Part shown: positions 53,657 through 64,000 of the stretch, piece after piece
How positions within the stretch are numbered: the stretch's first letter is position 1
Layout: each line of letters opens with the position of its first letter
DNA from: Epiperipatus broadwayi
Taxonomy: Eukaryota > Animalia > Onychophora
Reading direction: 5' to 3'
Assembly: GCA_028023455.1 (NCBI GenBank)
Contig: JAQFVV010000009.1
Coordinates: 15,872,001-15,936,000, forward strand
Length of the DNA stretch: 64,000 nt
The notes under the pieces: generated by a model
What the model was told of the DNA's origin: nothing
Seen by the model: the letters and a program-made list of their open reading frames with translations, nothing else
Databases searched by the model: none
Position numbers and translations under genes: made by a program

Positions 53657-53925
53657 TTAGCTCAGAAAAGAAAATTAGTAACAATTGAAATAACAGAATT
53701 ATTTATATTTTTGATGTTCTTTCTGGAAGACACATTCATTGTTAAACTCAAGAGATTAATCTGAAGATTACTATTTGAAAGAAAATGTTTATAGTAAACT
53801 ACTGTAGCTTATAAAATTAAAAGATGTTAATAATAATTGCAGTAATTAGCATATTTTAAATTAATTACAAGTTTAAAATGTGGGAAAATATTATTATTAA
53901 ATAAGAATTGATGTTTTATAATTAG

Positions 53926-54073
53926 TGATATGCGTCAAAATAAAGGAACTATATTGAAGGCTTCTGTTGATTATATTCGAAAGTTGCAGAAAGAACAGGA
54001 CCGATTTAGACAAGTAGAAGAGAGGCAAAGACAACTGGAACAACAAAACAGGAAATTAGTTCTTAGGGTGCAG
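53926..54073 (+). CDS. Mitf: Mitf coding exon (loop, helix 2, leucine zipper)
   Basis: ATTAG acceptor and GTAATG donor; 148 nt; CC|T completes Pro, then [49 protein letters not shown]. Confidence 0.98.
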
Positions 54074-57000
54074 GTAATGCTTTTTATATTTTATATGACT
54101 TAATCACTCTGCACTGGTTTTCAACTTTTTTTTTTTTGTTAATGTATTTTTAATTAGTGCTCTTAAATGCAAATTATTTTCTTGCTTCTCATACAAATCC
54201 CAAGTTTCAACCTTTTAATTTATTCATGCATAAAATAAATACTTGTAAATGTTGTTTTTCAGTAATTTAATAGTCTTTGAAACAGGCAAGCTTTAATTTA
54301 TGACAATTTTCCCACATAACATAGATAATTCCAAATATAAGGTATTTCCTAATTCAAAAAATATTGATCCAATTATATTAAGTGATAGTACTGTAATAAA
54401 AATTGCATGGTTTACTGTTCAAGTTTCATAAGAAGTTCAAACACCAGCAGACCATGGATCTTGAGCCCTAAAAGCCCATCATTACTCTATCACTTCATTA
54501 ATTCATGCAAGTCAATACTGCAATCATATCATGCTGATAGGCTTCAGAAAATAAAATGTTCTAATCTCTTAATTTCCTGCATTTGTCAGCAAAAAAGCCT
54601 TATATGATAGTGACAAATGATTTCCAGATTATTATCTGTCTATTGGCTAATCTTAACAGAAGCATCATTTACATTATAGCCATTAGTTTGAATGGAATAA
54701 TAGGAGTAAAAAAATGTTTGCTTTAATCCAGATAATTCTTTTGTGTAAAGATTGCTAATAATCATAAATTATTTTGAAGATATATCACCTAATATCCATT
54801 AATTACTTGTTTACCATGATAATACATGAGCAGCATAAGAATATTTTTTTATATTAAATAATGGAAAAAAATTTCTCATGTTTATTTTCATAAGTAATTA
54901 ATTGTACAAATGATAATAAATTACTCTTCTTATAAACTCAAATCATTTTGCCATTATAGAAAGCATTTACTGACAATTTATTGAAACACTGCTAAAATAG
55001 CAAGTCCATTTAATCAAAGAACTTTTTTTTATGCTAGACTAGTAACTACTGTAAGACATTTTAAGATAGTTTTTATAATGATAAAATTGTCAAATAATAA
55101 AATATATGTAATATTGATTTTGTTTCATCGAAAAAGACATTTGGGTTATTATCTTACATAACTTTATAATTTATGTGAAAATATTTCATTAACTTCTAGT
55201 AATATCTGATGTATATATAATAGAAAAATATTTTAGTCAAAAATAGAAATGTATATCTATGATTGCACTAAATCAAGTTTTTTTTATTTGCTGTTCAAAT
55301 TGTGACTATGATAATTTAGCAGAAATTTAGTTTAGATAGACATAATTTGTTATGAAGATGCACATTATAATTCTCTTATTAATTTACTGTTGATTTTTTG
55401 ATAAATGTACTATTAATAAAAGCATGAAATCAGTGACCATATGATTTTTGTGATCACTGCTAAGTGGACTTAACATTGGTTGATTTGACATCCTATTTCA
55501 ATTAATTTTTTCACTTCTCTGAGTGATAAAACTTCCTAATCACTGCTAATTAGTTGAATCCCAAGAAACTCAACTGACTAACAATGAAGTATAAGTGTTT
55601 CTAAAAATTACATCATCAGGTTCAAATAGACTAATGGCAGTAAAATTAGAAGATGCTTACCAATCATTTTTATTGCTATTGATTAATGGTCCTTCTACTA
55701 CTACATTAGTCATGCTGCTAGTAAATTCAAGACTTTTGAATAAGAGGATAAAATTAAGGAGTAATCCCCAATGATAGTTCACTTTCTATGGCATTTCATC
55801 AATTATTACCATTTGCATCAAAACTATTCTGCATTATATTATCACTCTGAATATCATCAAATGGGAAAATAATTTATGTTCTTATTTTTTTAGCTTTTAA
55901 AAGATATTGTAATTCCTTTATTTTAATTTCTTTGTATTTTGTTCATATTGTTCTCAAATGTTGCAGCCTTTCTAGAGTTTGATATTCTGCAACTATGCAA
56001 TATCTTTTTCTTGCCATAATTTATTACAAGATTTTGAAGTTCTTGTAATTCAATTCCCATCTTTTTATTTTCACTTTCAAGTTTGTCTGCTTTTTGGTAG
56101 ATTGATATTTTCATTTTTTTTATCGAGTTTATACATATCAAACTTTTTTAATTCTTTCACATCTGGACTATTCAACTCTATGGATAATTCTGATCACAGA
56201 TTAACCAACTGACTTCAGAGAAGTTGGCAAAATCCATTTTGGTTTCATTTTATTGGGAATATATTCGACCATATCTTTTTCTTTACTAAAATAGATAATT
56301 CATATTTTGAATTATAATCTCCAAAATAAAGCAAATTTTTATTCATGCAATAGGAAGATAAGCTGCTAGGTTTTAAATATGTTTGAACCTCATTTTAAAA
56401 TTTTGCATCACTTTTACATAGCTTGAGAAAAAATTAAAAATCATTAGAATTTTGGAATAAATGAGAAAAACCATATACTTATGGCAAAAATAACAATTTT
56501 ATGGATTGTCATAAAATCATAAAATTTTGTACACAATAAGATATATTAATAAATATTAAAAAAATTAATATATTATTAAAACATGAAAGATGCATATTAC
56601 ACGAGGCTTAAATTTTTTATTTTTCGGAAGATGATAACAATAACGTAAATACAGTGTTTTTGATTATTCTAATTTCCAGTATTCTTATCCATGATTTTGC
56701 AAAATGGAACTTATAATTATGATCCTTGTTTTATAACCAAGAATCCTTAATATTGTACAAACAAATAAAAACTTATAATTGCTTTTTATTTCATTTAATA
56801 CTTTACTTATGACAACAGAAATTAGAAGCACCATTTCTTTTGTACTAAACATTCCATTGGCCAGGTTTTGAAAAGTCTCATGTTGTAGAGATAATGTATC
56901 TACCTCCCATACCAATTTGGGCCAAATAAATTTAGAAATTTTTTTAAAAAAAGGGTAGGATTTTTTTTTATGCAGTTAGCTTATAATCAACTCAGTCAAC

Positions 57001-57149
57001 CATCCAAAACTGGTCAGAAAATGGGTATCTAGCTATTCTTAGCAAGAACTAAAATGGTCAATGGAAAATCATTCAAATTCTCATTATTCTACAATTGGTG
57101 AATCTGATAATACTGCTTTCTTCACTGCTCCTCTATGAAGACTATTAGA

Positions 57150-57560
57150 GAGACTTATTTTGTAGTGGATTTGTTATAAGAAAGGTTATATTACGTTTTA
57201 CGAAGACAATAGAAATTGAAAATATGATCCATTTTGAACTTCAGGCTGTAAAGAAATAAACGTCCAACATAAGCTTTACATAAGAAAATAGCACCAGTTT
57301 GACCATGCATAAAACCTCATGAAATGGCAAATCAACATATTTCTACTATTCCAGATAAGTTACTTTAAGAAAGAACTTAACTAGTCTCAGAAATCAGGAC
57401 CATTTTCTGAATGTTTTTAATGAACAAAAACAAAAAAATTGCTGCAGAAGCCCCTTGATAAAAACAGTCCAAAAAATTATTAAAGAGAAAAACCAAGACC
57501 CAGAATATGGAAGACAACCTAGATCATTGGTTCCTTTTTAAAAAGATTACAATTATAATA
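57150..57560 (+). mobile_element. Decayed Penelope-like RT-thumb fragment
   Basis: LRFTKTIEIENMIHF (IxFTxExExNxIxFLD-like) and FKKELN; a decayed hammerhead-like remnant follows at 57635. Confidence 0.4.
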
Positions 57561-59709
57561 GCTTCACAATTTATAGATATATTTAGATGATGTATGCATT
57601 GTTAGATATGTCATATATAATTTTATATATTGTGTTGATGAAGTCTTGGGTTCAGGAATATTTATGTTGTCTTATGATTCTTCTTGGATATGTATTTTAC
57701 ACTGAAGATCATGGCATGTTAAATATTGTAGAATGATCAGAACAAATTTACTTTTAGTAAGAAAAATTGTATTTTTTAGACAAAGCAAAATTAAAAATGT
57801 AACTAATGTTTTCTATAAATCAGGATGAACATACAGGTCATAATGAATTTTAAGCAGGAATTGGATTACCTTTGATAAACATACAACAACTCTCACTCTT
57901 GATATATTGCTATCTTAGAACTATGTTCAGAAATTATAATTAATTATTGCATTACTTTAACAGTAAGCAGAAAGTGGAGATGTGCCCACAAGCCTATAAC
58001 AAATGTGGTTATATAGATTTGAAGTAAACACAGGATAATCTACAAATTAATTAAAATATATTGTAATGGGATTTAACCTGATAAGCATAATGAAGTGTTA
58101 TCAATTTCTGACCCTATTGCTGGTATTGTTGGTCAGGCAATAATAATATTTCCTATTCATCATAGTTCATTCATATAGATATGCCTCTACCATATCTATA
58201 TCAATCTAACTATATATAAAGAGATATATGATCTAAAAGACATGAGCTCTCTGGATATTTTAATTTTATTTGGATTGCACTGGTATCATTAACAAAGACT
58301 CATCACAGCAACCAAGCAATAGCTTGGGACCTGGGACCCAAGAAACTCACAATATTGTATTATTTAATTTATAATGATCTTCTTGAATTGATAAAATGCA
58401 AGAATAAGAATTAAACATAGATTAAAGTTTTAAACTCAATAATTTATCCCAGGTAGTAAAGATATATATGTGTCAACACTCTCCCTTCAAATAATGAATT
58501 GTGCCAAAATGGAGAGTATGACCATATCAGGCATAAAAAAAATATTTTATTACAATGTAATAGCTTTTAATAATTTCCAATATATTTTTTATTTATTACT
58601 ATAAATTAAAATATTTCTTTATCCCCCCCCCCCTTCCTATATGCCTAATCAATCTTTCGATTATAACATTTCAAAAAAAAAAGTAATCAAAATTCCATTA
58701 AAAAAACATATACAATATTATTCTTAACTGAATATAATTGTATAGATCAATATATAATACATTTTTAGAGTAAGATACTGTTCTATTAGATCGTCAACTT
58801 CTAGGCCTATATATCTATGCAAAAGCATAGAAAGAGGCCGTTTTTGCATTGCAACGCCATTAAGTGGCTGACATGATCTAATAGAACAGTACCAAAATAA
58901 ATTAGTATCAAATATAATGAACAATAGCTAATGACATTAAAACTCTGTCACATAACATACATATATACGAAAATGTCTTATCAACTTTCTGTGGTAGTGC
59001 AAGCTTACATCTGTTTCCATAATAGCCTTCAAATTTTCAAAATTGTTCAAAGCTGTTTATACATAATTAAGTATATTTTTATCCTTAGTGCTTATGATTT
59101 CAGATTGGCAAACAAATAAATAAGTTTATTTATTTATCATTAGTTTTTTTATTTTTTATTTCTGACTGGCATTTGATTATACTGTTATGCTTCATGTCGA
59201 GATGGTCAGCATTAGTTATTCCAATCTCTGACCAAGGAAAATATATCTTATTAAATAACAATAGGTATTATTTTTCTTCCAGGCTAAGCCTGGATTTTTT
59301 TGTAATCTTTTTCTATGAAGTTATGTGCTAAAGTGCAGATGAACATCTGCAGGAAGAAATGTAGTCACACTTACTAAGGTATGATTCGCAAGTATTTTTA
59401 GCTTTTTCATAAATTTTTAATAATACTGAGTATTTTTCTTTCACTAGCAATACATTTTGCTATGTTATACTTCATTATGGAAAGATGTAGCTAACTATAT
59501 GCTGTTTGATGGTAACTTCTCTTTTATTGCGAAGCAGTAGTTTTAAATCTATTCATTCTGCTAACAAAATACATTTTGTTCTGAAACCGATTATCACAGC
59601 CATTTATAGATAATCATTACTACTTTTCAAAAATCATGTTATCTCACAGTCTACCTACAAAATTACTTTATCAATTAATGTTTAATTACAAGTTTTTAAA
59701 TTTAAACAT

Positions 59710-60118
59710 AAATAAGATGTTAAAAAAGATTTTTTTTTAAAAATAATGCTTTTAGGTAAGTAGCCAACTAAAAAGTATAAAATAATAAAGTAATCCTCTC
59801 AGTTAATTTGCCATTCTTGGAAAATATCAGATATCTTAAGAATCTCTAGACTTGTTACAAAACAATTGGAAACTGCAGGAATATTGTCATTTCATAAAAT
59901 CATTTGAGATCTTTTATTCATTTTTATGATTTGAGCCTTAAATGCTTTTATGAAACAACAATATTCCTGCAACTTTCAACTGTTTTATAACAAGTCTAGA
60001 TTCTTAAGATCTCTGATATTTTTCAAGAATGGCAAATTAACTAAGAGATGGATTACTTTGTTATTTTATCAATTATTTACATAAAAGCATTATTTAAAAT
60101 AAATCTTCACATCTTATT
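59710..60118. repeat. About 410-bp imperfect palindrome (arms about 190 bp)
   Basis: AAGTAATCC..GTTAATTTGCCATTCTTGGAAAATATCAGA..TCTAGACTTGTTA..GCAGGAATATTGT is mirrored at 59950-60060; outer AATAAGATGT / CATCTTATT. Confidence 0.9.
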
Positions 60119-60441
60119 TTTTTTTACTTTTTAGTTATATATTATTCTTAAAAATAATTAAAACTACAAAAAAAATCTGACAAAAATTACAATTTAATAT
60201 AAGACATGAAAATAAAAATATGCCCTCTAATAAATGAATTATAAATTGAAATATCATGTGATTGTCTACTATATAAAAATATTTATGTATTGGCTTTTTA
60301 ATTAAGTAAGTGAATATTAACAAAATTTTATTCTGCAAATGTAATGTTTTAATCAAATATATATGTTTTTATTTTAATTAATTTAATTATAATAATGAAA
60401 TCAATATTAATAAAATTTTATTCTACAAATGTAATATTTCT

Positions 60442-60510
60442 GTTGGCTCAGCTGTTAAGGAATTTTCTGGGAAGCATAAGATTGTGAGATTGAGTTCTAA
60501 ACATGAACAT
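60442..60510 (+). mobile_element. Possible tRNA-derived SINE head remnant
   Basis: A-box-like TGGCTCAGCTG and a degenerate B-box-like GAGTTCTAAAC about 45 nt downstream; no cloverleaf. Confidence 0.3.
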
Positions 60511-61896
60511 ATTTTTTTTCATTATTAATTAAAAAATGTGGACATACTGACAGAAACACACACAGGGCAAGTTAGTATAAAAACATTTAAAAAAGAAAGA
60601 GATAAGGAAACAGAGAGAAAAATATTGCTTTTTTATGAATTTGTTTTGGCACAAACCACTTCTATATTCATTTTAATACTTGATAACCTTTCTTAATGCA
60701 ACATTGATTTATTTCTTTTACAATAAGCAATATTTTAGTCTGTTTATTTTCTCTTTACTACAATTGCCAAGTTATTTTTAGTACCTTTTTTAAATAATGC
60801 CACAAAATATTTAAAAAGGAAGCATGTACTGACACATTCAAAAGCTACCACTGAAATTTAATCTATTCTCACTTTCCCAGCATGTATATTATTATAATGA
60901 ATTTTTATATTTGTAGCTAACTATGAAAGGCTATCACCTAAACTGTAATTAGAAAGTTGAGACCTGTCCACAGGTCTACTACAACATATTTGGTTGTATA
61001 TGGATTTGAAGTAACACATGATAATCTACAAATTAATTAAATATATAAATGAGCAAAAAAAAAAAAAAAATCATTGTGGTTATTGAAGAGAAAAGCTTTG
61101 ATATAATAGTTATCACATCTATCTGTTATGACTTGGGATTTAAATTTAACTGTATCTAAATTTCTCAGATAATTGAGGATTCCCAAATAAATTTAAATTT
61201 TTTTTTCAATAGTCTGTTAGTCATCTCAATTATCTGTTGATATGTGGATATCTAATTACTTTTATTTATAGGAATTAAAGCTATTATCAAAAAGCAGTGG
61301 ATTATCTTGGTAAGTAGTCATTTCCTTCATTGATTTTTTGCATAAAGAAATGCCAAGCCATGGCAGATAGATAATTATTGCACAACAAAGCCCTTTTCTT
61401 CAATGACAATACTGAATTATTATTTTTTTGTCACTTTTAGAAGATACTGGAAAATTGTTAAGAATGTATATGCATATTTAATAACAGTAGAATTTGTAGA
61501 TTATTACATGTGCAACAACATTTACTGTTGAGTCAGTGTCGAGACAATAATCAACATTTTGTAAGCATACTACTAATTCATTAGAAAAGTTTCATACTTG
61601 ATAAGTAGTAGGGTGAAGATAACCTGCAAAGAGATTTAAAACCAGAAGATAAATACATTCTTTATATAATAATTCCTTCTATCTAAATGATAACCAAACA
61701 ATTAAAGTTATAGGAATCTAATTATTGATTGCTTAGTATTGTCTATTTCATTCCTTTGTAGGCTTGAATGATGATAGATGCCACCATTGTAATTTATATA
61801 TTTTTCCTTTAAGAATTAGTTGATCTTATATTTAATATTACAGTTAGTTATAATTATAAAAAAATAATATAAACATTTATATTTTTTTATTCATAG

Positions 61897-62166
61897 GAGC
61901 TGGAATTGGTTGCAAAAATGAATGGTGTACATGTAGCTCCATTTGATATGAACCTGACAAACAAAGGATTTCATTCAGTAATTAAATCAGAACCAATTGA
62001 CAATTATAACGAAAAACATTCATTAATCCCAACATCATTATTAGATGAAATAATGGAAGATGATGTTATGCCCACAGGAAGTGATCCAATGATGAGTTCT
62101 CTAACAAACCAGTCACCATTTTCAGATGAGAATTTATCTCATGACAGTATTGATTTGTTACCATGA
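61897..62166 (+). CDS. Mitf: Mitf terminal coding exon
   Basis: TTCATAG acceptor, phase 0; ELELVAKMNG...IKSEP...MEDDVMPTGSDPMMSS...DLLP-TGA parallels vertebrate ELEMQARAHG..IKQE..MDD..DPLLSS. AU-rich 3' UTR with AATAAA at 62562, 62654 and 62917; the site used is unknown. Confidence 0.95.
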   Translation, partial: ELELVAKMNGVHVAPFDMNLTNKGFHSVIKSEPIDNYNEKHSLIPTSLLDEIMEDDVMPTGSDPMMSSLTNQSPFSDENLSHDSIDLLP

Positions 62167-63868
62167 TAAGTTCACCATGAAAATATTTATGAAAGCTATT
62201 GCATGCTAAGTGGTTTATCTAACTGCTTCACATTAACTTTTGCTTGACTTTGCAAGCTCAATATGTAACTACTGACTATTATTTGTACAGTGAAATGCAT
62301 CTTGGTTAGATGCTAGAATATGTTTTTCTTGAACTGTGGCTGGCCCACAAGATATACTTTTAATATTATATTGTTTTTAAATTTAGACTTAATTTGAGGA
62401 TTATTATATAATCCCATTTAAAGTAAAAGGTGGGCCATATATGAGTTATAATCATACCCATGAATTATGCACTTATTGTAAATGATTGTCAGTTGTTATT
62501 ACTCAAACTGAAAGATTATATTATTTTAATGGAACAAATCTGTTTATTATACAACTTTACAAATAAATGTGCCTTATTTAAAAACGGACCTTTTTTATAA
62601 ATTGAAGCTTTCAGACGGCATTTAATATAAGAAGAATAATGGAATTAGGAGATAATAAATAATACAAGACTAATACCTAGACATTAAAACTTCAAATGAA
62701 AGCTTTTATTCTTATGTTATAATTCTTGTTATTGATAGAAATGCTTTGAGGATTTCAAAGTCTTCAGTTTATTAAAAAAAAAAAACCCACCAAAAACTTT
62801 TTGGTTTGGAGTTTTGTTATCTAGTATTATTTTTTTATTATAATAACTGAATTTTGAAATTAATAACATCTTAGAATACAATCGCCCCACCCCCAAATTA
62901 ATTATTGTCATTCACTAATAAAAAAATACAAAGAATGAACTCTACATATTTAATACTGCACTGTAGTCTATTATGTGATAAAATTAAAATTTAAATTACT
63001 ACTAAAAAAAAAACCCAACAGTCTAGAAAATTGGAAAATCTAAGATTAAATAGGTAAACTTTTATTAGAAGTGTGTTTAGCTGATTCTACTTCTCAGTTT
63101 GCAGTTTGTTGAAGTAAGAATTAAAAAATAGTTATGTAAATGTTTGCTTTTGAAAAACTTGAATAAATAAGGAGAATGATTGGATTTTGAAATTTTTTTT
63201 TGGAGAATAATAAAGATAAGATCAGAACAAATAAAAAAAAATGGATATAATGGAATTATATGATTGTTTTGAAGAGATTACAAAAACTAAAAAGAAATGA
63301 AGGGAAATAATAGAAAAATTTTTGTAGTTTAAAGAAAATGGTTTGGAATCATGTATGGGATTTTGTTACCTACAGCAATACTTATTATTGTATGTAAGTT
63401 ACACTCTCTTTGAAGACAGATTAACTTAACTAGGCAAAAGCATTCTATGATCAAGCTATAATATTTGATCACCATCAATGATAATTCGGCAATTATGCTA
63501 ATCTCTTAGCATGACTTTATGCTAATCATACTACAAAATTTAATGAGTCTAAATAATAAAATAAATGAAACAGAAGATTAGTAATGAATAATAAAGTGAG
63601 TCATGGCATAAAACTATAATATATTATTATATTATAAATGACAAGAAACATAGTACTCTTTTATGGAGAAGATTAATTAACCCATGTATCATATATTTTC
63701 ATTGTAATATTTGTTCAAATTGTCAAGAAATAAACATGAGATAAAAACATGTTTACTTCTTACAAATTTTGTAGAATGACATGAAAATATTTAAAATGTA
63801 TGACAGAGATATAATTTACTTATGGATATTCTCTGATTAAATAGAATGAGGATTTGAAGTAAACATTA

Positions 63869-64000
63869 CTAGGGGCGACCCAAAAATAACTGGAATTTTC
63901 TAATAAAAATTGTATAATTATTTTTGGTATTGCAAATTGAATCACTTTCAAAGTATAGTCTATTTAATGCAACACACCACTTTAAAAGTATTTTTTACTT
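63869..64000 (-). mobile_element. 3' end of a mariner element (runs off window end)
   Basis: TA followed by TIR-like CTAGGGGCGACCCAAAAATAACTGGAATT; minus strand reads KWCVALNRLYFE, like the mariner C-terminus KCVxxxGxYFE. Confidence 0.7.

Noticed and set aside
24913-53925. Insect-type about 18-nt loop microexon
   Set aside because: Manual scan found none with good splice sites. The only 18-nt fit (26641-26658, KIQNI) has a poor donor (GTCACA), and the direct junction already gives a canonical in-frame loop.
54380-57000. Several GC-richer blocks and short ORFs (55923-56141, 56685-56915) suggesting old TE debris
   Set aside because: No recognisable motif, termini or TSD.
57635-57660. Hammerhead-like TTGATGAAGTCTTGGGTTCAGGA
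   Set aside because: Stem II can pair but C3 is mutated and GAAA is missing; at best a dead remnant.
58801-58830. Helitron-like 3' end on the minus strand (CTATGC-TTTT-GCATAG hairpin 10 nt before CTAG)
   Set aside because: The stem is only 6 bp, the next base is A rather than T, and no 5' TC end or second copy was identified.
1567-62911. Most short ORFs in the supplied track (e.g. 10279-10739, 16436-16744, 32415-32630, 34914-35297)
   Set aside because: They are antisense shadows of TE coding sequence or low-complexity AT-rich frames with no domain or splice support.
57960-63860. Short dispersed repeat (GATTTGAAGTAA..GATAATCTACAAATTAATTAA) near 57970, 60960 and partly 63850
   Set aside because: The similarity is real but too short and decayed to classify.

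Overview
AT-rich, CpG-poor eukaryotic (invertebrate, probably arthropod) genomic DNA. The only host gene is the 3' part of a MiT/TFE-family bHLH-Zip gene (Mitf orthologue, + strand). Four coding exons (7255-7426, 24837-24912, 53926-54073, 61897-62166) splice in frame through GT-AG introns of 17.4, 29.0 and 7.8 kb to give 221 aa plus stop; upstream exons are not in the window. Roughly half of the window is decayed transposable elements: a 10.8-kb Ty3/Gypsy element with 2.6/2.8-kb LTRs and a GTAC target duplication, a probable solo LTR, several LINE families (L1/Tx1-like, RTE, RTE-BovB-like, an APE-RT LINE), Penelope-like remnants with a hammerhead motif, hAT elements with 8-bp target duplications, and mariner relics. 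The most unusual signal is a recurring class of fold-back (palindromic) insertions flanked by 10-15-bp direct repeats inside unrelated elements; one appears to be built from a hAT transposase fragment. Also notable are an in-frame 75-nt cassette-exon candidate in the Gypsy leader that would land in the Mitf HLH loop, reciprocal CpG decay between the LTRs, and a 335-bp ABAB array inside a hAT element. All assignments come from manual reading and translation; no database searches were run.
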